A DNA stretch of 64,000 nt, from NCBI RefSeq assembly GCF_002571385.2, contig NW_019217991.1, positions 360,742-424,741 on the forward strand, in the 5' to 3' direction. Shown one piece after another: positions 23,067 through 37,113 of the stretch (within the stretch, counting starts at the first letter, position 1; each line of letters begins with the position of its first letter). The translations under genes and the position numbers were made by a program. The notes beneath the pieces were generated by a model. It was given only the letters and a program-made list of their open reading frames with translations, was not told the DNA's origin and did no database searches. The stretch is from Stylophora pistillata. Lineage: Eukaryota.

Positions 23067-24191
23067 TCAAAACCGATGTTATAAACATTTTTAACGATAA
23101 AAACTTGTTACGTAATCATTGTGTCATATCTGTTGGAGTTGAAACGTACCTGTGAGGAGTTAACTATAGCAAACAAGTACTGAAATGCAATGGTTCCAGA
23201 GTTGACGCTCAAAAGGCCAAAAAGCCACGATATTCCCAGCAATGGCATCAGGATCAAAGCTGCCTTCACACATGATCTAGAGGGCAGAATATATATAATA
23301 ATTCAGGAGACTAGTGACACATTGAGATCATACGTTGGGACGAGGGTGAAAAGTATGACGGGAAATCTTCACGAAATAAAATAAACACGTGAAACTCTTC
23401 ACCACGTAAATAATCAGATCAGAGATGGTACGCAAAGCTTGAATCGGTGGTTTTCAATGGCACAAGGTGTCACAAAATTGGGTATTTTACTCACGTACAT
23501 TTTGATTTGCTGTGGAAGAGCACTTGTCCTCTTTAGGAGTTAGCATCTTACGGCAGATCGTTAGTTTGTCAAAAACCGTTCGAAAAAATTCACTAACAAA
23601 GAAGATACCCCGCTTTTAAAGTGCACCTAAANTCAAAACCGATGTTATAAACATTTTTAACGATTAAAACTTGTTACTTAATCATTGTGTCATATCTGTT
23701 GGAGTTGAAACGTGCCTGTGAGGAGTTAACTATAGCAAACAAGTACTGAAATGCAATGGTTCCAGAGTTGACGCTCAAAAGGCCAAAAAGCCACGATATT
23801 CCCAGCAATGGCATCAGGATCAAAGCTGCCTTCACACATGATCTAGAGGGCAGAATATATATAATAATTCAGGAGACTAGTGACACATTGAGATCATACG
23901 TTGGGACGAGGGTGAAAAGTATGACGGGAATTCTTCACGAAATAAAATAAACACGTGAAACTCCTCACCACGTAAATAATCAGATCAGAGATGGTACGCA
24001 AAGCTTGAATCGGTGGTTTTCAATGGCACAAGGTGTCACAAAATTGGGTATTTTACTCACGTACATTTTAATTTGCTGTGGAAGACCACTTGTCCTCTTT
24101 AGGAGTTAGCATCTTACGGCAGATCGTTAGTTTACTTTAAAAGTGGGGTATCTTCTTTGTTAGTGAATTTTTTCGAACGGTTTTTGACAAA
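23067..24191. repeat. 566-bp-period duplication including the TM6 exon, joined at a single N
   Basis: 23067-23567 matches 23633-24133 with few substitutions; N at 23632; probably two haplotypes assembled in tandem. Confidence 0.9.
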
Positions 24192-27100
24192 TGTTGATTA
24201 GAAACGTCACCATCCAGCAACCAACCCGTGACTTACGGCCAAAATAAAAATTAAATGCAAGTTTTCAAAGTAGTTGTTTAAAATAACAAGGACTTACGGT
24301 TTTCTTAGTTAAGAATAAATAATACAAAACAAGTAATCATCACATTTACCAACAAGAAGAGCAATGCAACCTCATCAATGTAGTATTGTAAATAAAGTTT
24401 TACCTTAAGGAGTTTTTATGTGCGGCACTTTCGGCTACTTCAGTCAAGGAAACCAAAACTTTTATCGTCATTCCAAGCATGAAGAGATTAAACTTGGAAA
24501 GTAAATAGTGTTAGGATCAAAAATTACCAAAATATGTCTGGTCGTGGAAATACTCACCAAAATTATGGCTGCGACTGGTCCAACAAACGACCAAATGAGT
24601 CCCTTGTCCAATGATAACCAGCACCTAATGAAAGTTCACTTTATTATGAAAGTGTGATTTCGGTGCCTTATCGTTGCCTCATACGTCTCAATTCAAGGCC
24701 ACCTCTCTAGAAGGGTTAGATGATTCTGTCCCGTGGGGGCTGTGGTAGACAAGTTGAACTGTATTTATCATGACTTAAGAATTTTCTGAACTTGATCTGG
24801 TCACACCCAAATGGCTTGTTTGCCTCAAAGAAAAAAATTAGATTCAAGGTGCCGTAAAAATGGACGAGAGTCGGAGTTAGTGCTGCCTGATGAAAATACA
24901 GGTAAGTTGTTTTAAGTTCAGGTAGGATTTCCTCGGTCCCCAAAAGAAAATTGTATATAAAAATCCTATGTGTTTTGAAATAATATGAATTCGTTATCGA
25001 ACACCAATTTTAGCTTGAAGATCAGCAGTATTACATACGTATTTCCTGTACCATATCCTTCAGTTCTGGTAACGGCAGATATTCCAACAACTATGATAGG
25101 AGACCCTGAGAAAGCAATGAAACCAAAAAGAAGCTTCCATTTTGGATATTACGGCATCAGATTTAATTCCGACTTACCATTTTATTAACTGAGTAAAAGA
25201 TGTAAACAGACTACCCTTGTTGTATATTGTGCAGTACGATATCTATTAATGATATAGATAAATCTCATATGCCTTTTTTCTAAGATCTACTGTCTTTACT
25301 TTTGAATTTTCGCTGTTTTAACCGCTATTCTGCTTATGGTCCAATCTTCTTTTTTTTTAGTAGAGAGTAGAATTTGTTTGTCTGTAACGAGGACGTGACT
25401 TTTTCATCAATTCCTTTTTCTTTTAGGATGTAGATCTGACTAGTTTTCCCAAGAGAAAAAACGAACAGACTTGGTGAAGAAAAGGGGAAAAACGATTCAC
25501 GTTTTCCTTAGTCATAATTTTTTTTAGCTGAGAGGAAAAAAGTCTTCTTTCATGGAAAACGTCAGTGATATATTTTAAACAATCCGCTAAGATATACACG
25601 CATGAATGCATGTTTTGTCCAAAAGCTATAATATGTACTCACCCCAACAAAAAACAACGTAGTAGATGAATTTGAGATTTTGGAGGTTAAAGACAGTGAC
25701 GATCTTAAAATAAAGATGCAGTCCTTCTGCACTCATCCACATGAAGCTTGCGGTGTACAGGTAATGCAGGAGAACAGCTACTAATCTTCATAACCACTGG
25801 AAAATAAGATGATGATGAAAATAATTAATCCCATAACTTTGTGTGTATCAAGCTTTCGAGCATGTACGCATATAAAAAAGTGTGAATTATTTTGTGCTTT
25901 GTGTAAACTCTTCTGATGTTTTCGTCTGTTTGACGCAAAATTCACACATTATTGTGGAAGACAGAGTTACTTTTGGCGACTGAATGCCGAATGATTGTCC
26001 TGGATCTACAGCCAGAGAACGTTATCCTAGCTGTCTGAAGGACACGACTTTGCGTTGTGCCCGACTCTTTTTCAGTTATCATATGCTGTATTCAAAAATT
26101 ATGATATGCTTTAGTGGGAAAAAAAGAGTTTTGAAAAAGGCAATGTTTCAAAATTGTCGTAGGTGAAATCATTTTTTTCCCTCATTGAGAGAGATACATA
26201 GATCTTACCTTCCTTTCTGTCGCTGTTATTCCCACTAGAAAAACTACTTGAGCCATTGCCAAGGCAATGCATAAATGGAGATGAATTTGGTATCTGATGT
26301 CAGTTAACGACCTAAAAGAAGACAAATGCGAAAATGTTCATTCCACGTTCCGAAGACAGTCTGTGAAAGTATCTGACTAGAAAGTATTAATTTTCGCGAA
26401 AATATTTCGTCTGGTCGCTGATTGATTGCACGGAATTTTACTTTGTTACCATTCGCTCAGTGGAGGCTCAAGACCCTGCTCTTTTAAATGAAAGAAGTTC
26501 CAACCAGATTCTTATCATATTAAGAAAAAACAATTACGGAAACGTCCAAACCCGGCATTTTCATTATAATAGCTTGAGCTTGTATTATGCAATCTATTAT
26601 TGACCTATAGCAAAGAACTGAAGAAAAAAATCACAAACCTTAGACATAGAAATATCATTATGGCAGAGGCAAGAGCTACCAGTGATATTGTGCACCCAAT
26701 GTAAGTGATAATCCCCAGTGCAAACTCATCTTTTGGAGACACCTCAATAATAAAACGTTGCATAGATAAACAGGTGATAAATTATGAATAAATGAACATT
26801 GAAAAATAGTCTACAGAGTGCTATGATGATGTTTATCTTATTACGCCACATTACGCAGTACAGTTTGATTACAATTAACCAAACGTTATCGCTGAATTTT
26901 TAGAATGTCAATTTGTGAAAGATATTCTGATTATAGCTTGACTCGTTTTGCTTAACCAAGACAATTTCTGCTAGTTTCTCGAGAAACGCCAGCAGCGAGT
27001 AGTTTATAACGGTTTTAAGGGACAGTGGCGTGAGGTTAATATGGGTACGTTATGTTATGTTATGTTAGTGATTACGGAAATTTTAAACTTGAAATGAAAT

Positions 27101-27309
27101 AAAAAGAATATAATGCTATGATGGAATGGAAAAAAAAAAACGGCAATGAAACGCGAACAACCATTCATTTTCCCCTTGGTATCGGTTTATGCAACGCAAG
27201 GAAAACAAAAAGATGGGAATGGCGTGGATCATAACAACCGTTCAATAGAGAGCTTACAGGCAAAGGTTTCTTGGGAAATGTTGGCCTGTATTTGAGTTAA
27301 AGTACTTAC

Positions 27310-27427
27310 ATCGACTTCTGTGAAACTCATTATCACGGCAAAGCTTGTGAAATGATTTGTTGAACAAATAGTCCTCTCACTGTCACTCTTGATCAGAGAT
27401 AAGCCATTTGATGACCACTCTCCCTGC
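27310..27427 (-). CDS. GPS/Stachel exon of aGPCR gene A
   Basis: GEWSSNGLSLIKSDSERTICSTNHF-TSFAVIM between AG and GT splice sites. Confidence 0.9.
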
Positions 27428-30400
27428 CTTCGAAAACAATAGTAAGCGATTAGTGAAACCATAATAAGCGTACATGATCTAAACATCATGGTAAGTGCTT
27501 ACCCAGGAAGGGACTTCCAGTAGACACACTTTGAATTTCCTCCAATTTGTGTCTGTGGAATGGATTGATTTTTAAACTCAAAGTTAAATTTCGAATTTTT
27601 GCCAGAATAGAATAGCTAGAATTTTTGATATACACGTTTGCATACAAACCTTGCTACCAAAGGTCAAAAAGGCTTCCTTTCGAAGGAAAGAGAGAGGTCG
27701 TCCGTCAAAAAACACCAAAACTGAGATGATTTCTGAGTTGATAATAGCTTCTTGCAAATGCCTACTATATCAGAAGAATAGAATGCAAATAGCAGATGAT
27801 AACTTACTTTCACCATCAGTTATTGGTGATGATGGAGTAAGACAACTTGGATCCCTGCAACAATAACCTCCGACTACAATACATGTGTGTAATGAATACA
27901 TATCAATTGTAAAATAAAATCACAAAGCTTTTCTGTGGAATTGGTAAAGTGTAGAGATTTTGAAACCACCTTTAAGTATTTTTATTGTTCGATTCTGTTT
28001 TTAAATATTAATTTGTGGACCCATTATTTCGGTTGCGTCCATCCATGACAGAAAATGTTCGCGCTACTGTCTGTGGTTTCCTTTTTCTCCCTAAGATTGA
28101 TCTCGCTAGACAATTCAGGCTTGATTTAATTCACTCGTCTTGTATGTCCCTATTGGGTGTCTTGTTTCTCAGCTGCTAACAGAACATGTGATCCATGAGA
28201 AAGGATATGTAAACAAAAATGGTGGATTTTCCTCACCCATCTATTTTCGCGGAGGTTGTCCTGTTTGTGAAGTGGGATGTTTGATTTTTGTAGATTACCA
28301 TGCTAACAACAAGGCGACCTATCATCAAACGTATAACGAAGAAGAGCAAAGTTATTACCAAGAAAATGTTAACGACAGCATGGATGTTTGACACTCCCGG
28401 CACAACACTTGCATATACAACTGTTTAGCGAAATTTCACTGAACAGTTCGCAATGCTGTTACCGGTGACCATACTCACACCTCTGCGTTGAGAACTTCAA
28501 TCCCTTGGACAGTGTTTTCAAAGATTCTGTCGTGGTTTTCAGTCGCAGTATTTTTGGCAGAATGGAAGTTTACAAACTATGATATTTTGGTATAGAGTGA
28601 GTCCTGCAGCGAATAATTGACCTCCTACCTTCTTTTGTTTCTTTAGTGATGTCCATGGGTAATCCGCTTGCTTGAAGAGTTATTAAAGGTGTTGACCGAG
28701 GTTGTTTGTTAGAATTGGGAATAGTCACATTGCTGTTTGGATTGACGTATTGCATTATTGAATGTATTTCTAAGAAGAAAAAGGAGTTTCCAGAGTGATA
28801 TGATAAATCAACTTCAGAATACAAGCCAAGTGTTTAAGACAACTGCACAAGATAATTGAGATGATTAAACACTGTAAACTCTGAGGTCTTAGCTGGCATG
28901 ATGTTGGGGAATATCCCTTTTCCAGTCGAAAATCTTTTTTTTCCTAGTTGATTAGAGGATATTTGATATGCCTTTCGTTCAAAAAGAAAGTTATTTCTCA
29001 CCTAGGTTTCTCTTGATTAACATCACGCTTTGGTTGGTGGCAGACGTATAATTCATTGCTAAGGAAGCTGTCTTTTCCACAACTTCCACAAGATCCATGA
29101 ACTGTTAGTTGGAAGAAAGTTAATGAATGATCTTTAGCTCCTATGGCCTTTGAGTTTTAGCCGACGTTTAAAAATTTGAAATTGAAGTTGGTAATATTAT
29201 ATTCCATTGCTCAACATGTACATTAATTCTATCACATCTAGAGAACCTCGATGGTACAGAAGTTTATTGAATTGTCTTTTTCCCGTGTGTTTATCGCAGA
29301 AATTGAAACACGGGAACCCTTACGAACCTCTGGGCCATAAACTATTCGCTCCTTTTTCGTGAGCTAACTATTTCGAAAGAAATCTCGAGCCAGTATAGCT
29401 GTGTATCCCTTTCAATTACTTTACCCTTAACCTCAGGGAGAAAAATTCATTGGGACGGTACAGTAGACTATGACATCTTGATTTTCTGAACCTGAGACAC
29501 GAAATTCATATAGATCAGGTTGAATTGATCTTTTGTGTCCAAGATCAGGTTAATATGAGTTGAGACATAAATATTCATTGCAAATTTAAGAAACTGATAT
29601 GTTCCTGAAGAATTTGCCCCGTACATGTATTTACTTAAAGTTTAAAGATGAAAGAGTGCTGACAACATAGAGCAATTCATCCTGGACTACCTTGAATACT
29701 CGTATTCATTTAAATAACTGCTCAGAGTGCTATGGACATATTTGATTAAAATTACAGCTTCCGTGATTCTTTGAGGACTGGTTTACATGCTGCACTAAAC
29801 GAAACAAACTTCTTACTTAGACGTAGTAACTTGTTAATCAATGGTTCAGTTTGTTTCAATGAATCTTAATCAAATCCAATATTAATCAACACGTTACTGT
29901 GTTTGCTTAAGTTATGTGTTCAAGATGCGTGGTCAAATAAGTAAATTATTTGCTGTTCAGAAATTATAATATCCTCACCATTCCGCTGCTGCGCCATACT
30001 GCTGTGTGTTTGTAGTCCAAAAGTTCATCAATAGTGTTGAGTAAATTAGAAATGAGCTTCTAAGAAAAATAAAAGCAATGGTGAAAACTTCAGTTAAGGG
30101 ATTTTTGCGGCTTAGACAATCAACTTATATGTACATGTACATAGATTGTAAAAACGCGCATAAATCTGATCTAGTTTTTTATTACCTTAATTTCTTTTTC
30201 TTATATTTTAGTTTACACCGCAAGAATGAAGTTTTTCACCAATATAAATATGGCAACAGAAGAACTAAGATACATGGTCTAAACTACACAAAATGATTTT
30301 AATTAGCCATCGTGGGGTGAAATGAAGAAAAAAATGATGATATGAAGTAAAATGCGCAAGTAAAAGAATTTTTAAAAAACTCGAGTGCTACTTTGAAATA

Positions 30401-32819
30401 TCCCAATGTAAGGGAGAAAAACCCCACTTTTACATAGCAGGCTATTACACGACAGTTTGCTGAATCATTTTAACAATGCACGGTTCATTTTTGTGTAGGC
30501 TGGATATCGTCGCTCTTGGAACAAGTCAGTTGAGTAGTTGATTTTGTCTCGAACAATGTACTTTGAGCTAGCGTTGAGACTGGTCGTCCAGACCCTAGGC
30601 TCGGACAATTTTAGTGTTTCTATTATTATCTCAGCTTAAATGTTTCGTACAAGTGATGCACCGCATTTTTCTTTTGGCAAACATATCTTTCCCGTTCAAC
30701 TCCGAGTGATTCGGTTAGGAGAATTGTACGGCGCCCTGAACTGAAACTCATTTGAACTTTCGTTGTTCATATCGCCCCAAGTACAGTAGTATTGACATAT
30801 TCAAGTATTTCCTGGGTGTTACAGTCTTTAACAAACCATGACTTGTTTTCCTCCGTAAAACGTGTGCAAAGTGCTTATTCATACCTAGTTTACCTATAAT
30901 TCAGAGTGACGGTCCGACATTACCTCGGATAACATCAGTTCATTTAACTCTCCAATCAAGGATATGCTGATTGTTATAATGTTCGTTGTTAAGTTCCCGA
31001 CAACCGTTAAAGTTCTGAACGATTCCAGAAACTGTGTTATGGTTTCCAGCTGATTGGGAACGTTGGCATTATTCTCCTTAAAAAAAAAAGTTGAAAAGCA
31101 AGACCTTAGAATGAAATGTCGCGTTACATAACGGGGTCCTTACGTTAAGTTGTCTATGGCCATCGAATCAAAAAGTCATCAAAAAATAATTGTAATCTGA
31201 ATAAAACAAACTCGTCAGTAACTTATTCACTTAGACATACTCTGTGCATTCACGTGGTACTTTCCTAAGGGATAAAAATATGTCTAGTACAGTGTTGTAT
31301 GTTGCATTATATTCTATTTTCAGACGGTGGTAGTCTTTGGAAGGGAAAAAGAAACAGGTTAAAAATGTCTCTCTATGATGATTACCATGAACTAACAGAA
31401 AAAGAGTCTTTCATATTTACCTTGTACGACTTTACTTTTTCAAGAAGTTGTTGTAAATCATCAACGGTTTCTTTCTTAAAAGGCGGCACTGTAACAGTAA
31501 AACAACCGTATTTCAAAATTGAATGTACTATGAGTACAAAGTTGTTTCAGGTGATTCCTCAATATTGCACTGCGCATCCTACGCTGCGCATAAGAAACAC
31601 GTAATCAGGCGAATAAGCGCGCGCAGTCAATGGACCAGGTTAAAGGCTGCGATAGTCTTTAGCTCTTAAACAGGCACGGTGTCCCTTTTTTTTTTCTTTT
31701 CTTTCTTTTTTTTTTGTGCATAATTTTGGTAAACAAAGTATTCCCTTTAAATTGGAGAAATTAAAAAAAATTCATCAAAGGGAAAAACAGATATGGCGAA
31801 AAGCGTTCATGAAGTCCGTTACTTGATCATCCACATAATAACTTTGAAAGCAACGACGCTAGGAACGTTTTATGTAGATGTCGTTTAAAGTTGGGTGATT
31901 TTTTTCACAAATTATATATCAAACTGTTCCATACGCCCGAGACTTTTCACCTATTAAGTTTTTTTTAACTTTTCCTCTAAAATCCTTTTCTTCCAGCTGC
32001 CACAAAATGCACCGAGACCTGATGAATTGACGCCCTTCACACCAGTTTGAAAGAGGGGTGAGGTTTAAAATAACCAGCTATCGATAATCTTAAACTTTGA
32101 AATTTTAGTGTGCGTCATAATAATGTATTTATCTACCAACCATTTATGCTTGACTCTGTGGGATGTTGAGGCTGAAGCGACGAACCGCTTGCTACGCGGG
32201 CTGGAGAGGTTTGGTGTGATGTTATCGTTGAGATGTCTTGTGCATATCTTGTGGTCTTATTTAATTTACCTGAGCTGGAAACCTTTGATGTGGTATGGAA
32301 TGTCACCGTCGAAATAGTACTTTTCGCTGTAGTTGTTTGAATAGATGAATGGCTCGAAAATGTACCGGTAGGAATTCCTGTACGCGCACACGAAATTAGT
32401 GTTCTTGCAGATGGAGCCCTTTGTCCCCAAGAAAAGGGATTATGAGGAAATTTTTCAAACTGGCCTTCCTTGATACCTGCAGATAACATTTATTAGAGTG
32501 GTTCTTTTAATTCAGTGCTGCAATCAGCCGGTTATATGGCTTATAATTATTTAAAATAGCCGTAAGATTTGAAGATTCTACCAGCTGCTGGTCAACAAGA
32601 TGTTTTGCATAGTAATCAATGAAGAGAAGAAAAGACTGACTCTGTATTGAGTCAACCCTGAGACTATTCATGCAGACGAACTGAATCCATGTAGTGCAAT
32701 ATTACTCATTAGCGAGCATCGTAGACGAAGGTTGCTCCATATGATTTCTGACGAATGCGCATCGTAGAGCGTTGGTTTGATTTTTTCGTATCGCTAACAT
32801 GTGTATGGTAATCACTCAC

Positions 32820-35800
32820 CCTTAATGTATAGGAAACCATTCTCTGCTCCTTCAATGCCACCTAAGATAGTGGCGTTCGGGGCGATGAATCCCGAAGGGG
32901 ATATGATCTGTACTATCCCTCCACTTCCACCACCACACTTGTTCTTATTGCAAATCCCCTTACTGCCTTTGACATATATCCTTGCTCCATGCGAAATATG
33001 GACCTACGATTAAGACAAAATTGACCGTTTAATTTGTACTTTAACATTTTCCTGATTAGTTAAGTATGATTTAGCTGCTTTTGTAACGAATTTCCCCACT
33101 GCCGTGTCGATTTTAATTGGCAGTTAGTGCTACACCATTTCAACTTACCGTTTCAGCCACTAGTCTTACTAAACCACCAGAATTTCCTCCTATTTTCTCG
33201 TTGCTGGAAATGCTTGAAAGAACTGAATTGGATATGGCATTCGCTTCTATGGAACCTCCTGGCGAGAAGTAAGAGATGTTTTCTAATGAAACGTGGAGGT
33301 ATAGCTTTTGTTATCTCCGTGTTGTATTGAGTTGAGCTATTGGGATATGAAGACCGTCGTGCCCTGACAAAGTAGCTTCGCCCTTACTTTTCTTCAGAGA
33401 AGTTAACGGAGGGGTTCTTGTGTTACTTTGTAGCAGTATCACTCATGCATAACGCGTAAATCACTGTTACGTAAGCATAAACGCCTTGCACGCGTGCGTG
33501 TGTGTACTCTTGGATGATCCTCGCTAACAAGTACGATACAACGACGCCAACGAATCAAGCAAAGCGTACAAATTATCTTTCGTTCTGTTGGCAGAAAATT
33601 TGACCGCAAAATCAGAACTGATTGCTGTTCGATCCCTAGCCCCTATATGTACCTCATTTACTGGCTTAGATTTCCCTTTATCCCAAGCTTGTGACAAATG
33701 TTCAGAAAGCTGAGAAGTTATGGTTTTTTTTAGCATTAAGCTCACTTGCAAAAAACCTTTCATCAAACCGTCAATTCACTGAACTGATAGCTTGTCAAAT
33801 TTTCCTCATTAAATCGATGCCATAACTTGTTAAATCGTTACAATTTATCATCGAAGTTGTTGGTGTTTATTATGTGTTTTGTCTTTTATATGTAATATCT
33901 GTCTGCCTTCACCGGCTTCGTAACTATTTGTGGGATCAAAATGATATGTTTTCAAATAATGTTGGGAATCATAATTGAAATCGTTTACAATGAAGGGTAA
34001 TCACGCTATAGCACATGTCTCATCTTATGCTTGTGTGTATGCCTATTGCATGTGTAAACATTTTTATGCTCTAAAGCTCGTGTTTGCATCCGGTAAACTA
34101 GACTTATAAATGAAGAGTCCTGTGTACACAATGTAAAGTTATGGTCGACATGTTGCAGTGATCGTAGTGGAGGGACTATAGGAGAATATGGTCAGAGGTT
34201 TGGCTAAGATTTGGTGAAGTTGACAACTTGCGCTGAAAGAACTGATGAAACTTCGTTTGTGTTACCTAGGAGATGGAGAGGGAGGCAAATACCAAATACC
34301 TATTTTACGGGGCAGACAGCAAAGATCCTGAATAGGACGCCACTTTGTACATGTAACTTCGCGTTTCATTGATATCTCAAGTAAATCGGTCAAATGTCGG
34401 GCCGGAAACACTACACTTACGAAAATGTTACTCTTTCCGGGGCCGGAAAGAAGGTACTATCATGTTCCCCGAGTAAAGAATGCTGGGCTACAACAGAAAT
34501 CAAATGGTCCCGGTCAATGTAAACCTAGAATATGACTCAGCCAAGGATTTCTTTCACCAAGTTGATACGGAAAGGTTGGAACTCGTTTCGTAAGGACGTC
34601 TTATTTTGAAGGAACCTAAAGATCAGATTGGACTTACTCATCTCTATCTTTCCAGTAGCATTCAGTTCAATTGCTTGTCCTCCAAACCCTGGCGCATTTG
34701 AACCTGTAAATGCTCCTGTAAACAATTGATTAATAATAAAAAAATAATAAACTAACTAATGGATGATAAAGTCAGTGATTGAAGCTACAAGGTAAATACG
34801 CTGTAGTGCTAACTGGTTATCTCTGGGTTATTATTCTTCTAAAAGTATTTGCATAAATTGTCGTCAGTAGCTTACTATGGCGGGGAATTTTTCACCACAG
34901 TAAGGTGACAGCCGAGTGAAATAGCAACATTCTGCCTGAGAGGCGGGAATGATGGAAGATATTCTTTTCTCCATCTCCTTACTTTTTGTGCCTGTTCTTT
35001 GACAAGTGACTGGAGCTATAATTGTAGCTTATGAACAGGTAGTTTGATTGTGCGGTGAGTGTAGTCTTGAGAAGGACTGTTGTCAGTGCCAGTTACTAAC
35101 ATTTCGACAATCTTGGCGGAAACCATCCCCCATGTTCAGTGAAGAGTTGTCCGTCGAGAGTACTAATTCAGTAAAGCAGCCACGCGATCGAAGGCTAATC
35201 CCTCCATCATATAACCAATGACTTCGTCGTGGGTTTTACTTGGAGGAATGAGATCCGTTTCTTCATATTCCTGATAAACTGCCCCCTGTCCCACAAAATT
35301 TTTCGTTCCAGGCGCTGCGCTCTACAAATATAGTGTAGCCACATGCAGCAGCAAGGCCTTAGCTGAGGGCTCTGTGAGAGCTGGAAAAGGCTTCTGGCTA
35401 AAACTATTTACGATCGCAGTATCATCCATTCTCATCGCTCATTATCCCTTCATGCTCAAATACAACCAAAAACTATTCATCACTATTCACGCTTTGCGCC
35501 TGGAAAGCCTCACTTTAAAAACCAATTTCCATAAGTACTCTTTTTCTAAGATGAATTTATTTAATTTCATAACGATAAAAGTTTGCTACCTATTCTGTTT
35601 GATGACAACCGTCATTATACGGTAAGGGAATACTTGATTCTTAACATGCGCGAATTTTAGCCCTCTTCGGATTTCTTAGCCAAAAAGTCTAAAGCTATCT
35701 TTTTTTTTTTAAAAGGATAAAAAAGATGTTTTCTGTTCTCTGTTACTTTATTTTGATGATTTTTTCGCCGGGCTCCAATTGGTTTTATAGTATAGTAATC

Positions 35801-37113
35801 TGTTAATATCCTGTCGGCCGATCACTTTTTATAGATCTACGAATTTTAGGTGATCATGATATACCTTAATCTTAGACGGGAAGATCTCAGATGCCTGAGC
35901 TATATTATTACGCCGAGGCTTTAACGCAAGTATTCACTATACCTGTGCTTCCTCCCAAATAGTGGTCGGTATCTTTGAGACCGTATGGCTTGCTGTACGA
36001 ATACTTTCTCTATCCTTTCCCGTAACCACCATGACCAGCCCCTCCTGCTTCTTTGTTGTAATACAATCCCCGTCCCGGTCCTCCGTAAGGATTACCTGCA
36101 GGACGAGGTAAGAGACAAGTGTTCAACCAAATCGGCACAAAGTAATAGAAATATATAAATCCATTTTAGCTTGTACAGAAAAACCCACAGAATATAATTC
36201 CATGGCCTTTGGAAACGTGCTGAAACAGGTCTAAGATAAAACTCTTTTGCCTCACAATCGGAATATCGATCGTAAAAGGTTCTTTATTAGTTTTTTTTGT
36301 ACCAAGTTAAAACAGCTTTTTCATATAGGTGTAAAGAGAAAATCAAATGTGCATGCATGGAACATAAACTTAATACATTATTTTGTTACATAACATTTTT
36401 TTCATATCGAATAATACAATTTGAATATTACTCCTTAGACTTAAACAGTAGATTAACAGATATAAAGGTAATAACAAACGTAAACGGAGATAAACTTGTA
36501 AATCTTTTAGCTTAGTTTGGTAACGACTTTAAAGCTATTCAGCATTCTTGGGTTAAAAAAAGCATAATTTACAATAGAGTCTTAAAAGGCTGAGATTGTC
36601 GTAGCTTTCATCAAAGAAGAAGAGAAAAATGCTACATAGAAACATGATCAGCGCAAAGGAGGAGAAGAAAGTTGTGATGAAGAATATCAGGCTTTCCTAG
36701 TTTTCTTTCTCTAAAAGACAAATGTACTTTTCTACACTAACCATTTGCACCAATTGCAGTGACAAAACCTCCAACTAATCTTGTTTCTTTATGTGACGAA
36801 GGCACAGCATTTACATCAACTTTCAAAACACCGTTCAAATCTATAGTTATATTATCTCCGGTCAACGATAGGGCGTTCGTCCCTCTTAAGTGAACAAGAT
36901 TTGTTATGACTATGTTGCCGTCGAATTTGAAGCGAGCAACTTGATAATTCCATAGTGAACCATTAAAAGGAAAATAATGATTTGATGAGCAGCCAAGGTG
37001 TGTGAATAAACGGCTGCCATCGTGGCATGAGGTCACTGTGATGGACGGCGTTCTTGTTTCGTTTCCTGTATCGATTGACAAACACTCCAACACTGAGTTG
37101 TAGGTTAACTCAC
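32820..37113 (-). CDS. Exons encoding the Gly-rich N-terminal domain of aGPCR gene A
   Basis: VARFKFDG..HLRGTNALSL..GGF..GGPGRG..GGAGHGGYG..YG..YLGGSTG..GFGGQAIELNATGKIEMRGSIEANA..GGNSGGLVRLVAETV..CGGGSGGIVQI. Confidence 0.8.
35055..35150 (-). mobile_element. Degenerate Penelope-like pseudo-LTR relic
   Basis: GTGAGTGTAGTCTTGAGAAGGACTGTTGT..ACATTTCGACAATC..GCGGAAACCATC resembles the antisense of a PLE hammerhead; the CTGANGA core is lost. Confidence 0.45.

Noticed and set aside
28480-28626. Apparent frameshifted continuation of a gene A GAIN exon
   Set aside because: A donor at ~28628 and a clean exon at 28237-28318 (GRLVVSMVIYKN) give an in-frame model, so this stretch is intron.
17500-36012. 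Genome-wide TAG reassignment suggested by in-frame TAGs in Maf gene 2 and gene A
   Set aside because: In-frame stops here are sparse and of all three types, and the many exons of gene B lack TAG; independent nonsense mutations explain them.
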